A DNA stretch of 63,885 nt, counting the filler, from Chiloscyllium plagiosum (lineage: Eukaryota), in assembly GCF_004010195.1 (NCBI RefSeq). It is 6 parts of one record of this genome, joined end to end, with 100 filler letters (N's around TTAATTAATTAA, not from the genome) between each part and the next. Parts side by side here need not be neighbours in the genome. Positions count along the whole stretch, not along the records: positions 33,875 to 44,609 come from NC_057714.1; positions 44,710 to 51,770 come from NC_057714.1; 4 more parts are not named here. One strand, given 5' to 3'. Below, one piece after another: positions 37,470-49,414 of this stretch. Under the pieces are notes generated by a model that did not search any database, was not told the DNA's origin, and saw only the letters and a program-made list of their open reading frames with translations. The position numbers and the translations under genes were made by a program. Position 1 is the stretch's first letter. Each line of letters starts with the position of its first letter.

Positions 37470-37578
37470 CTCTCTGCAGTTTCTCTCTCAGCTCCAGCTT
37501 GGCCAAGGAGAGTTTATCTTCTGTCCTTGATACTGCTGCTCTCTTTTCCGCCAACAGCTCCTCTGCACCATGAATAGC
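37470..37578 (-). CDS. IQANK1: IQANK1 internal coiled-coil exon (109 bp, phase 0->1) with GC donor
   Basis: catttcag|GCT acceptor, GAG|gcaagt donor; AIHGAEELLAEKRAAVSRTEDKLSLAKLELREKLQR matches recalled human AIKDTEAQV..EEALAMARLELREQ; in phase with exon 30855-30954. Confidence 0.85.
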
Positions 37579-38604
37579 CTGAAATGGAGAGAGGACTTTG
37601 TCAGATCACAGCAAAGAAACCTCAGAAAGGAGGGGCCATACGGCAAGGCCAATGTCAAAGCCCCGGTTACTGTGATGCTCTCCTCCTGCTGCAGTCTAAA
37701 ACAGCATGTGTATTAGGAGCAGGACTAGACCATTCAGGCCCTTGGGCGTGCACCACCATTTGACAAGATCGTGGCCTCAATACAGTCATTGGGCACGACA
37801 GCACTGAGAACAAAAGCCCTTCAGCTGCATCCATGAAAAGCATTTGCATCAACCTTCAGCCAGAGGTGCCAAGTGCTGATCCATCTCAACCTTCTCCAGT
37901 GGTCCCCAGCATCATAACTGTCAGTCATCAGCCAGTTCATTTCACTCTACATGATAAAGAAACAATTGGAGACACTGGATACTGCAAAGACTAGGTTTGG
38001 GCCCTGACAACATTCAGGCAATAGGACTGAAGACTTGTGCTCCTGAACTTGCCGTTCCCCTAGCCAGGCTGTTCCAGTACAGTTACAACACTGGCATCTA
38101 TAAAACAATGTGGAAAATTGCCCAAGTATGTCCTTTACATAAAAAGCAGGATAAGTCCAACTCAGCCAAATCCTGCCCCATCAGTCTCCTCTCGATCCTC
38201 AGTAAAGTGATGGACGGTGTCAGTAACAGTGCTACCAAGCAGCACCTGCTCAGCAATAACCTGCTCAGTGACGCCCAGTTTGGGTTCCCCCAGGGTCACT
38301 CAGCTCCTGACCTCATTACAGCCTTGGGTCAAACATGGACAGAAGAGCTGGATTCCAGAGGGGAGGGGAGAGGGACAGCCCTTAACTTCAAGGCTGGATT
38401 CGACCAAGTGTGGCATCAAGGAGCCCTGGCAAAACTGGAATCAGTGGGTATCAGGGGGCAAACTCTCTGCTGGTTGGAGTCATACCTGGCACAGAGGAAG
38501 AGGTTTCTGGTTGTTCGAGATCAGTTGTCTCAGCCCTGGGACTTCTCTGCAGGAGGTCATCAGAGTAGTGTCCTAGGCCCAGCCATCTTCAGCTACTTCA
38601 TCAT

Positions 38605-39420
38605 TTCATTTGTTTTGATTTATTGTAGTCACGTGTAAGTATGGTGAAAAGCTTTGTTTTGCTAGCAATACAGGCAGATCATAGCAAACTCGGACACATA
38701 GATCATAGGGTGCTTAGACAGAGCGAGGTATCGAGTGTTCCACTCCACAGGACAGCGCAAAGCAAGATCCACATTATTTGTAGTCAATAAGCAGGAGTCT
38801 GATGTTAGTGTCCTTGTTATCCACATGTTCCTGGGATGAGGGCAGGGTGAGGGAAACACCATCTGCTGTATACCTGTTTCATCAGTCAGCAAATTGTAAG
38901 GGATCCAGCCAGCCTGGCAGCCTAGAGTAACTGTGAGCCATGACCAGCCTCTCGAAGCACTTCCTGGTTAGAGAGGGCAGATCCACCGGGTGGTAGTCAT
39001 TAATGCACATTACATGTTCATTCTCTGGGACTGAGATGATGGTGGCCTTCTTGAAGCAGGTGGGGGATTTCAGCTTGGAGGAGGGAGAGGTTGATGATGT
39101 CAGTGAGTACCTCTGCCAACAGGTCCATACAGGATCTCAGTGCATGGCCGGGGACCCTGTCACCCTTGGGTTGACTCTCAGGGAGACCGATCTAACATCT
39201 GCAGCGGTGATGGAGGAAACAGGTGCATCTGGGGCTGTCGAGTTGGGTGACACAGCACAGCTGGCATTCTGCTCAACCCCAGCATAAAAAGCATTGAGCG
39301 CAGCAGGGAGGGATGTGTTTTTGTTCACTATCTTGGTCTGCTTCATTTTGTATCTCGTTATGTTGTTTACATCTTGTCACAGGCGGTGGGTGTCCGTATG
39401 GTTGGTTTGGGCTGCTATGT
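38605..39420 (-). mobile_element. Rex1/Babar-type LINE, internally deleted, with (ATTTG)-type tail
   Basis: LNAFYAGVEQ..VRSVSLRVNPR, CFKKATII, KCFERLVM, DPLQFA. Confidence 0.8.
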
Positions 39421-39429
39421 TAAGGCAGC

Positions 39430-42292
39430 AGTACCTCAGAGGGACTGGTGCTCTGAAGTGCAGTTGTTTTAATGCGAGAGGTATAGTAGGTAAGGCAGAT
39501 GAACTTAGGGTTTGGATTAGTACCTGGAATTATAATGTTATTGCTGTTACTAAGACTTGGTTGAGGGAAGGACATGATTAGCAACTAAATATCCCAGGAT
39601 ATGGATGCTTCAGGTGGGATAGAGAGGAGGGTAAAAGGGGTGGAGGAGTTACATTACTGGTCAGAGAGGATATCACAGCTGTGCTGAAGGAGGGCACGAT
39701 GGAGGACTCGAGCAGTGAGGCAATATGGGCCGAGCTCAGAAATAGGAAGGTGCGGTAACAATATTGGGGCTGTACGACAGGCCTCCCAACAGGGAGCGTG
39801 AGGTAGAGGTACAAATATGTAAACAGATTATGGAAAGATGTAGAAGCAACAGGCTGGTGGTGATTTTAATTTTGCCAACATTGACTGGGATTCACTTAGT
39901 GTTTGAGATCTAGATGGAGCAGAATTTGTAAGGAGCATCCAGGAGGGTTTCCCAGAGCAGTTTGTAAATAGTCCAACTCAGGAACAGGCCAGACTGGACC
40001 TGGTGTTGGGGAATGAGCCCAGTCAGATGGTTGAAGTTTCAGTAGGGGTTAATTTTGGGAATAGTGATCACAATTCCATAAGTTTTAGTACACTCATGAA
40101 CAAAGACGAGAGTGGTCCTAAAGGAAGAGTGTTAAATTGGGGGAAGGCCAACTATAGCAAAATTCGGCAGGAGCTGGGGAATGTGAATTGGGAGCAGCTG
40201 TTTGAAGGGAAATGCACATTCAATATGTGGGAGGCTTTTAAAGAGAGGTTGATTAGAGTTCAAGAGATACATGTTTCTGTGAAAATAAGGGATAAAAATG
40301 GCAAGATTAGGGAACCATGGCTGACAGGTGAAATTGTGAGACAAGCTAAGAGGAAAAAGGATGCGAACATAAGGTCTAGGCGACTGAAGACAGATGGAGC
40401 TTTGGAAGAGTATCGGGAATGTAGGGCCAATCTGAAACGAGGAATTAAGAGGGGTAAAAGGGGTCATGAGATATCCTTAGTGAGTAGGGTTAAGGAAAAC
40501 TTCAAAGCCTTTTATTCATCTATAAGGAGCAAGAGGGTAACTAGAGAAAGGGTTGGCCCACTCAAGGACAAAGGAGGAAAGATATGGGTGGAGTCAGAGA
40601 AAATGGGTGAGATTCTAAATGAGTACTTTGTATTGGTATTCACCGAGGAGAGGGACATGATGGATGCTGAGGCTAGGGATAGATGTTTGAGTACTCTAGG
40701 TCATGTCGGCATAAGGAGGAAGGAAGTGTTGGGTATTCTAAAAGGCATTAAGGTGGAAAAGTCTCCAGGTCCAGATGGGATCTATCCCAGTTACTGAGGG
40801 AAGTGAGAGAGGAAATAGCTGGGCCTTTAACAGATATCTTTGCAACATCCTTGAACATGGGGGAGATCCCAGAGGACTGGAGAATTGCTAATGTTATCCC
40901 CTTGTTTAAGAAGGGTAACAGGGATAATCCAGGTAATTACAGACCGGTGAGCCTGACGTCAGTGGTAGGGAAGCTGCTAGAGAAGACACTGAGGGATAGG
41001 ATATATACCCATTTGGAAGAAAATAGGCTTATCAGTGATAGGCAGCATGGTTTTGTGTAGGGAAGGTCATGTCTTACCAACTTAATGAAGAGGTGACGAC
41101 GTTAATTGATGAGGGAAGGGATGTAGATGTCATTCACAGGGACTTTAGTGAGGCGTTTGATAAAGTTCCCCATGGTAGGCTGATGGAGAAGGTAAAGTCG
41201 CACATGGGGTCCAGGGTGTTCTAGCTAGCTGGATAGAGAACTGGCTGGGCAGCAGGAGACAGAGAGTAGGAGTAGAAGGGACCTTCTCAAAATGGAGACC
41301 TGTGACCAGTGATGTCCCACAGGGATCCGTGCTGGGACCCTGTTGTTTGTGATAGACATAAATGATTTGGAGGAAGGTGTAGGTTAGCTCTTTAGCAAGT
41401 TTGGAAATGACACTAAGATTAGTGGAGTAGCAGATAGTGAAGGAGACGATCAGAGAATCCAGCAGAATATAGAAAGATTGGAGAGTTGAGCAGAGAAATG
41501 GCAGATGGAGTTCAATCTGGGCAACTGCAAGGTGATGCATTTTGGAAGAGCCAGTTCAAAAGCGAATTGTACAGTAAATGGAAATGTCTTGGGGAAAATT
41601 GACGTACAGAGAGATCTGGGTGTTCAGGTCCATTGTTCCCTGAAGGTAGCAAGAAAGCAAATGGCATGCTTTCCTTCATCGGACGGGATATTGAGTACAA
41701 GAGTTGGCAGGTCATGTTTCAGTTGTATCGGACTTTGGTTTGGCCACGTTTGGAATACTGTGTACAGTTCTGGTTGCCACATTACCAAAAGGATGTGGAT
41801 GCTTTGGAGAGGGTGCAGAGGAGGTTCACCAGGATGTTGCCTGGTATGGAGCGTGCTAGCGATGAGGAGAGATTGAGTAGATTAGGATTATTTTCATTGG
41901 AAAGGAGGAGGTTGAGGGGGGACCTGATTGAGGCCTACAAAATCATGGGAGGTTTAGACAGGGTGGATCGCAAGTAACAGTTTCCCAGAGTGGGGGACTC
42001 AATTACTAGTGGTCACGAGTTCAAGGTGAGAGGGGAAAGGTTTAGGGGAGATATGCATGGAAAGTTCTTTGTGCACAGGGTGGTGGATGTTTGGAACATA
42101 TTGCCAGTGGAGGTGGCAGAGTCAGGTGGAATAGGGTCATTTAAGATGTATCTAGACAGATACATGAATGGGCAGGGAGTAGAGGGATACAGATCCTTAG
42201 AAAATAGGTAACAGGTTTAGACAGAGGATCTGGATTGGTGCAGGCTTGGTGGGCTGAAGGGCCTGCTCCTGTGCTGGAATGTTCTTTGTTCT
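39430..42292 (+). mobile_element. Near full-length CR1 ORF2 (APE + RT), multiple stops
   Basis: FNARGIVGKADEL..VTKTWL, LDLVLGN..NSDHNSI, KSPGPDG, NYRPVSLTSVVGK; (TTCTTTG)n tail. Confidence 0.95.
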
Positions 42293-42825
42293 TCTTGGCA
42301 TCTCTGATGGCTTTTCAGAGATCATATCAGACTTCTGTGATGGTCTGAGTCATCTGATTTAAATGTTACACACCTGATGTTCAGTCAACGACCTTCCCTC
42401 TGTCATAAGGTGAGAAGTGGGGATGTTTGCCAATGACTGCACAATGTTCAGCTCCATTCACGACTTCTCAGACACTGAAACAGTCCGTACCTAAATGCAA
42501 CAATATCTGGACAATATCCAGGCTTGGGCTGACAAGTGACAAGTAACATTTGCACACACAAATACCAGGCAATGACCATCTCCAATAAGAGACAATCTAA
42601 CCACTACCCCTTGACAGTCAATAGTGTTACCATCACTGAATCCCTACACTATCAACATGCTGGGGGTTACTATTGACAAGAAACTCAACTGGACAATGGC
42701 TACAAGAGCAGGTCAGAGGCTGGGAACACTGCAGTGAGTAACTTACCTCCTGACTCCCCAAAACCTGTCCACCATCTACAAGGTGGAAAAGTGCAGCAGA
42801 TCAGGCAGCATCAAAGGAGCAGGAG

Positions 42826-42861
42826 AATCGACGTTTCGGGCATAAGCCCTTCTTCAGGAAT
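42826..42861 (-). ncRNA. Minimal hammerhead ribozyme motif in Penelope fragment (42783-43022)
   Basis: Reverse complement ATTC-CTGAAGA-A-GGGC-TTAT-GCCC-GAAA-CGTC-GATT. Confidence 0.7.
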
Positions 42862-43429
42862 GAGGAGGGTGTGCCAAGCAGGCTAAGATAAAAGGTAGGG
42901 AGGAGGGACTTGGGGGAGGGACGTTGGGAATGTGATAGGTGAAAGGAGGTTAAGGTCCTGCTGTGCTTTTCCAGCAACACTCTAATCTAAACTCTGGTTT
43001 CCAGCATCTGCAGTCCTCACTGTTGATGTGGAAATATACCGCCATTCCTTCAGTGTCACTGGGTCAGAATGCTGAAATGTTCTCCCTTAAAGCACAACAG
43101 GGAACTGCAGCAGTTCAAGAAGGCTGCTTATCATCACCCTCCCTGGGCAAGTAGGGATGGGCAATAAATGCTGACTCATCAGTGAAACCCATGTCCCACT
43201 AGTGAACAAATAAAAAACCCTCCTAATTCTGCCAGCTTTAAACGCTTTTCCATTGCAAGTGTACCTCTATATACTCCTTAAGTGTGATGATGGTTTCTGC
43301 TTCCCCCACCACCCATCTCCAACTTCGCTGATGTCTCCGGAGTAGCAGGACAGATGTCTAACAACAATGAGTCAGAATACAGAGGGGATATGGGGCTCTA
43401 CAAGGATCTCAGTGACTCTCTCCCTCTCA

Positions 43430-44447
43430 CTACACTCCCCAGGTCATCTCCTCTGCCCTGAAGCTCTTCAGCCGCATCCTGAAGCAGTGCATTCTCAACT
43501 ACCTTACCCCCAACCCCACCCCCGTCCCATTTATCTCAGCCCCTCCCGGTTCACAAGCCTCATTCCTGATGAAGGACTTATGCCTGAAATGTCAATTCTC
43601 CGCTCCTTGGAAGCTGCCTGACTTGCTGTGTTTTTCCAGCACCACACTTTCAACGCTTGGTGACGTGATGCAATGAGAATAACCTCTCTCTCACTGTTGG
43701 CAAATCCAAGAGAACTGATCATTGCCTTCAGGAAGTAAGGGAGAGGACATACTCCCATCTACCTCAATGGAGCAGACTTTAAGAGACTGGAGAGGGTCAC
43801 GTTCCAACTGACAATCTGTCCTGGCCTTCCCATGTAGATGTGACGGTGAAGAAGGTAGAACAACACCTCTTCCTCCTCGGGCAGCTCAGGAAAGTCAGCG
43901 TGTCCATAAGGACCCTCACCAACTTCTCCAGGTACACCATTGAGAGCATACTGTCCAGGTGGATAACGGCCTGGTACAGTAACTGCTCTGCCCAGGACTG
44001 TAAGAAACTAGAGAAGGTGGTGTGCACAGTCCAGACCATCACAGAATCCAACCTCCCATCCATGGACTCCATTTACACGGCTCACTGCCGCGGAAAGGCT
44101 GCCAACATCATCAAAGACCCATCGCACCCCAGTAATGATCTCCCACACCCTCTTCCATTAGGCAGAAGGTACAGAAACCTGAACACACGCATCAACAGGT
44201 TCAGGAACAGCTTCCTCCTGTCCGTTATTAGACTGATGAATGGACTCTCTAACTTCAAGTAATGCTGACCTTGTTCACATTGATCTTGCTTCATGCAGCT
44301 CCTGTGCAGTGTAACCTGAGTGCCTCCCTCTGTCTAAGCACCCTATGGTCTGTATATCCTTGTTTGCTATGATCTACCTGCACTGCTCACAAAACAAAAC
44401 CTCTCACTGTACTAAGGTACATGTGACTACAATAAATCAAATCAAAA
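43430..44447 (+). mobile_element. Penelope terminal fragment (43430-43655) followed by Rex/Babar 3' end
   Basis: Degenerate hammerhead core at about 43566; KKVEQHLFLLGQLRK..TIESILSRWITAWY..RFRNSF; AATAAATCAAATCAAA tail. Confidence 0.85.
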
Positions 44448-44709
44448 TGAATTCTGTCCCTCAGAATTGCTTCTAACAGTTTCCCTCCCAACGAGGTTAG
44501 ACCCAATGGAGTGCTGCATTTTGCGAAAGCAAATCTTAGCAGGACTTATATACTTAAAGGTAAGGTCCTAGGGGGTGTTGCTGAACAAAGAGACCTTGGA
44601 GTGCAGGTTNNNNNNNNNNNNNNNNNNNNNNNNNNNNNNNNNNNNNNNNNNNNTTAATTAATTAANNNNNNNNNNNNNNNNNNNNNNNNNNNNNNNNNNN
44701 NNNNNNNNN

Positions 44710-45506
44710 TTATCCACTTTGGTGGCAAGGACAGGAAGGCAGATTACCACCTAAGTGGAATCAATTTAGGTAAAGGGGCAGTACAGAGAGATCTGGGGGT
44801 TCTTGTACACCACTCAATGAAGGTAAGCATGCAGGTACAGCAGGTAGTGAAGAAGGCTAATAGCATGCTGGCCTTCATAACAAGAGGGATTGAGTATAGC
44901 AGCAAAGAGGTCCTTCTGCAGCTGTACAGGGCCCTGGTGAGACCACACCTGGAGTACTGTGTGCAGTTCTGGTCTCCAAATTTGAGGAGAGACATTCTGG
45001 CTATTGAGGGAATGCAGCGTAGGTTCACGAGGTCAATTCCTGGAATGGCGGGACTACCTTACGCTGAAAGACTGGAGCGACTGGGCTTGTGTACCCTTGA
45101 GTTTAGAAGACTGAGAGGGGATCTGGTTGAGACATATAAGATGATCAAAGGATTGGACACTCTGGCGGCAGGCAACATGTTTCCGCTGCGGGGTGAGTGC
45201 CGAAACAGAGGACACAGCTTAAAAATACGGGGTAGACCATTTAGGACAGAGATGAGGAGAAACTTCTTCACCCAGAGAGTGGTGGCTGTGTGGAATGCTC
45301 TGCCCCAGAGGGCAGTGGAGGCCCAGTCTCTGGATTAATTTAAGAAAGAGTTGGATAGAGCTCTCAAGGATAGTGGAATCAAGGGTTATGGAGATAAGGC
45401 AGGAACAGGATACTGATTAAGGATGATCAGCCATGATCATATTGAATGGTGGTGCAGGCTTGAAGGGCAGAATGGCCTACTCCTGCACCTATTGTCTATT
45501 GTCTAT
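44710..45506 (+). mobile_element. CR1 3' end, (CTATTGT)n subfamily
   Basis: ORF 44817-45338; very similar to 22575-23240. Confidence 0.93.
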
Positions 45507-48500
45507 CCCTGATGGGCCCTATCCTCACTCTGGCCATTTTCTTGTTCCTCATATAAGTGCAGAGTGCCTTAGCCATATCCAATAAAGCTTTTCCATGCAC
45601 CCTTGTAGCTCTTCGAAGTCCATTCTTCAGTTCCTTCCTGGCAACCTTGTAACCCTCTAACAGCCCTGTCTGATCCTTGCCTCCACAACATTACATAAGC
45701 TTCTTTCTTCTTCTTGACTAGATGTTCCACATCCTTTATCCCCCAAGGCACTGCAGGCCCTTCGGCCCTCAATGTTGTGCCGACCTGGTGGAACCAATCT
45801 GAAGCCCATCTATGGTACACAATTCCATTTTTATCCATGTGTTTATCCAATGACCATTTAAATGCTTTTAAAGTTGGCAAGTGTACTACTGTTCCATGCC
45901 TCTATGACTCTCTGAGTAAAGAATTTAAAGCTATGTCCCTTCATGCCAGCCAACACCATCCAAGGAAAAAGGGTCGCATTGTCGATCCTTTCTAATCCTC
46001 TGATTATCTTGTATGCCTCAATTAAGTCACCTTTCAACCTCCTTCTCTCTAACGAAAACAGCCTCAAGTCCCTCAGCCTTTCCTTGTAAGACATAGAACA
46101 TAGAACAATACAGCACAGAACAAGCCCATCGACCCTCGATGTTGTGCCGACCTGTGAACTATTCTCAGCTCGGCCCCTACACTATCCCAAAATCATCCAT
46201 GTGCTTATCAAAGGATTGCTTAAATCTTCCTAATGTGGCTGAGTTAACTACATTGGCAGGCAGGGCATTCCACGCCCTTACCACTCTCTGCGTAAAGAAC
46301 CTGCCTCTGACATCTGTCTTAAATCTATCACCCCTCAATTTGTAGTTATGCCCCCCCCCCCAATATAAGCTGATGTCAACATCATAGGAAAAAGACTTTC
46401 ATTGTCTACCCTATTTAATCCTCTGGTCATCTTGTATGTCTCTATCAAATCCCCTCTTAGCCTTCTTCTTTCCAATGAGAACAGACCCAAGTCTCTCAGC
46501 CTTTCTTCATATATCCTTCCCTTGAGACCAGGCAACGTCCTGGTAAATTTCCTCTGCACCTTCTCCAATGCTTCCACATCCTTCCCGAAATATGGGGACC
46601 AGAACTGTACACAATATTCCAAGTGTGGCCGCACCATTGTTTTGTTTTGTTGACGCATGATGTTGCGGCTCCGGAACTCAATCCCTCTACGAACGAAACT
46701 TAACACACCATATCCTTCTTAACAGCACTATCCACCTGGGTGGCAACTTTCAGGGATCTATGTACATGGACTCCAAGATCCCTCTGCACATCCATGCTAC
46801 CAAGAATCTTTCTACTGACCCAGTACTCTGCCTTCCTGTTATTCTTACCAAAGTGCATCACCTCACATTTAGCTGCATTGAACTCCATTTGCCACCTCTC
46901 AGCCCAATCTGCAGTTTATCCAAGTCCCCCTGCAACCTGTAACATTCTTCCACACTGACCACTACTCCACCGACTTTAGAGTGGTCTGAAAACTTACTAA
47001 TCCATCCACCTTTGTTATGCCTGCGTCTCAGTCATTTATAAAAATGACAAACAGATCCTTGTCACTGGACTTCAGGCTGAATATTTTCCATCAACCACCA
47101 TCTGCTGCCTTCTTTCATAAAGCCAGTTTCTAATCCAAACTGCTAAATCACCCTTAATTCCATGCCGCTGCATTTTCCCCAACAGCCTATCACGCGGAAC
47201 CTTATCAAAGGCTTTACTGAAGTCCATGTATACCACATCAATTGCCCTACCCTCATCTCCATGCTTGGTCACCTTCTCAAAAAACTCAATTGAGGTTTGT
47301 GAGACACGACCTGCCTTTGACGAAACCATGTTGACTATCTGAAATCAAATTGTTGCTTGCTGGATGATTATAAATTTTATCTCTTATAATCCTTTCCAAA
47401 ACATTTCCTACAACAGAAGTAAGGCTCACTGGTTTATAATTACCTCTACTGCCCTTCTTGAACAAGGGCACAACATTTGCAATCCTCCAGTCCTCTGGTA
47501 CTAAACCTGTAGACAATTACGACTCAAATAAAAAAGCCAAAGGCTCTGCTGTCTCCTCCCTAGCTTCCCAGAGAATCCTCGGATAAATCTCATCCGGCCC
47601 AGGGGACTTGCCTACTTTCACTCCTTCTAGAATTGTTCGTAACTAACCTCGATCCTTTCCAGTCTATTATCTCGTACCTCATTCTTCTCCTCCACAATAT
47701 TCTCCTTTTCTTGACTGAAAAACGATGAGAAATGTTCATTTAGCACCACTCCGATCTCCACAGGGTCCACGCTCAACTTCCCACTTCTGTCTTTGACTGG
47801 CCCTATTCCTACCCTAATCATCCTTTTACCTATCGGAAGCTTTAGAGTTCTTCTTTATTCTATTTGCTAAAGACAGCTCATGTTCTCGCTTTGTTCTTCT
47901 TAACTCTCTCTTTAAATCCTCCCTCGCTGATCTGCAACTCTCCATCACCTCATCTGAACCATCTTGCCTCATCAACACACAAGCCTCCTTCTGCTTAACA
48001 AGAGATGCAATTTCTGTTGTAAATCATGGTTCCCTTACCTTATCACTTCCTCTCTGCCTGACAGGGACATACCTATCAAGGACATACAATATCTATTCCT
48101 TAAACCAGCTCCACGTTTCCATTGTCTGCATCCCCTGCATTTTGCTACTCCATTCTATGCATCCTAATTCCTGCCTAATTGCATTGTAATTGCCCTTGCC
48201 CCATTGATAACTCTTGACCTGTGGCATGTACCTATCCCTTTCCATCGCTAAATTAAACATAACTGAATTATGGTCACTCTCTCCAAAGTGCTCACCTATA
48301 ACTAAATCAAACATCTGGCCTGGTTCATTACCAAGCACCAGATCCAGTGTGGCCTTCCCCATTGTTGGCCCTTTGACATACTGTGTCAGGAAACCCTCCT
48401 GTACACATTGGACAAAAACTGATCCATCCGACTTACTAGAGTTATAGCATTTCCAGTCAATGTTGGGGAAGTTAAAGTCCCCCATAATGACCACCCTGTT

Positions 48501-48730
48501 CCTTTCACTCCTACCCAGAATAATTTTGCTAATCCTCTCTTCCACCTCCCTGGAACTCTGCAGAGGCCTATAAAAAAACTCGAAGCAGTGTGACCTCTCC
48601 TCTCCTGTCTCTAACCTCAGCCCACACTCCCTCAGTAGATGAGTCCTCATCAAAAGTTCTCTCAGCCACTGTTATACTATCCTAACAAGGCCACACCTCC
48701 CCTTCTTTTACTGTTTTGCCTGTTCTTAAT
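45506..48730 (-). mobile_element. Stack of minus-strand CR1 remnants; the longest (46090-48730) covers APE to 3' tail
   Basis: IMGDFNFPNIDW, LDLVLGN, ESDHNSV, YMDFSKAFDKVP. Confidence 0.9.
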
Positions 48731-49414
48731 GTGCATAAGGACATTGTTCCAATTCCCTAGTCATCTGGCACCATACCTGGGCCTAAGGGGGATTAGAAAG
48801 CTGTGGTCAATGCCTAAGCAACTTCCTCTCTCCTTTTTCTGTGAGTGAGAATAGCATGCCCTGGGATTATGCCAAATGCTCACAATTCAAACAGTGCTAC
48901 ATTGCCTAGCAACAATATCTTTAAGCCTGAATATTTGAACACAAACATACAAAAAAAATCAATGAAATCAGACTTCATTATTTCAACCAGCATTCTTGCT
49001 AAGTCCATTTGTGAAAAGCAGAAGCTGCAGGACCAGTATTTATCGAAAGGGCCTGTCAACTGCCATAACTGAGGAGATAACACAAAAACTCATTATCTAA
49101 CTGCAATCTTAACCTGCTTCCAGCATGATCAAACATTACTCATAATACTTGGGCCAATGCTGCTTTGAACATTCCCCTCAATATTACTGACTTCAAGTCG
49201 TATTTCGTTTTCCTTTCAGACGCATCACTTTAAAATCTAGATCAGTTACCCCAAACTCATTCTTTTCTATGGACACAAAATTATGGAGTGAATGCCTACT
49301 TTACCTTGGCACTTCTTCCTAAATCAGATATCTCAGAACTACAGAATACTGATCTTACTTCCTCACCCTGAGCCAGATTCATTTTATACCTTGGTCCAGC
49401 ACCTCTCACTAACA

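Larger units (their letters stand above)
37840..43218 (+). mobile_element. CR1/L2-group LINE in three pieces (37840-38602, 42385-42782, 43025-43218)
   Basis: GPDNI..LKTCAPELAVPL..QSSVLGPAIFSYFI continues as NDLPSVI..MFANDCTMF; A-rich tail at 43210. Confidence 0.8.

Noticed and set aside
48777..48838. Possible 62-bp minus-strand exon KKERGSCLGIDHSFLIPLRP
   Set aside because: Splice sites are plausible but there is no recognisable homology to IQANK1 or plakins.
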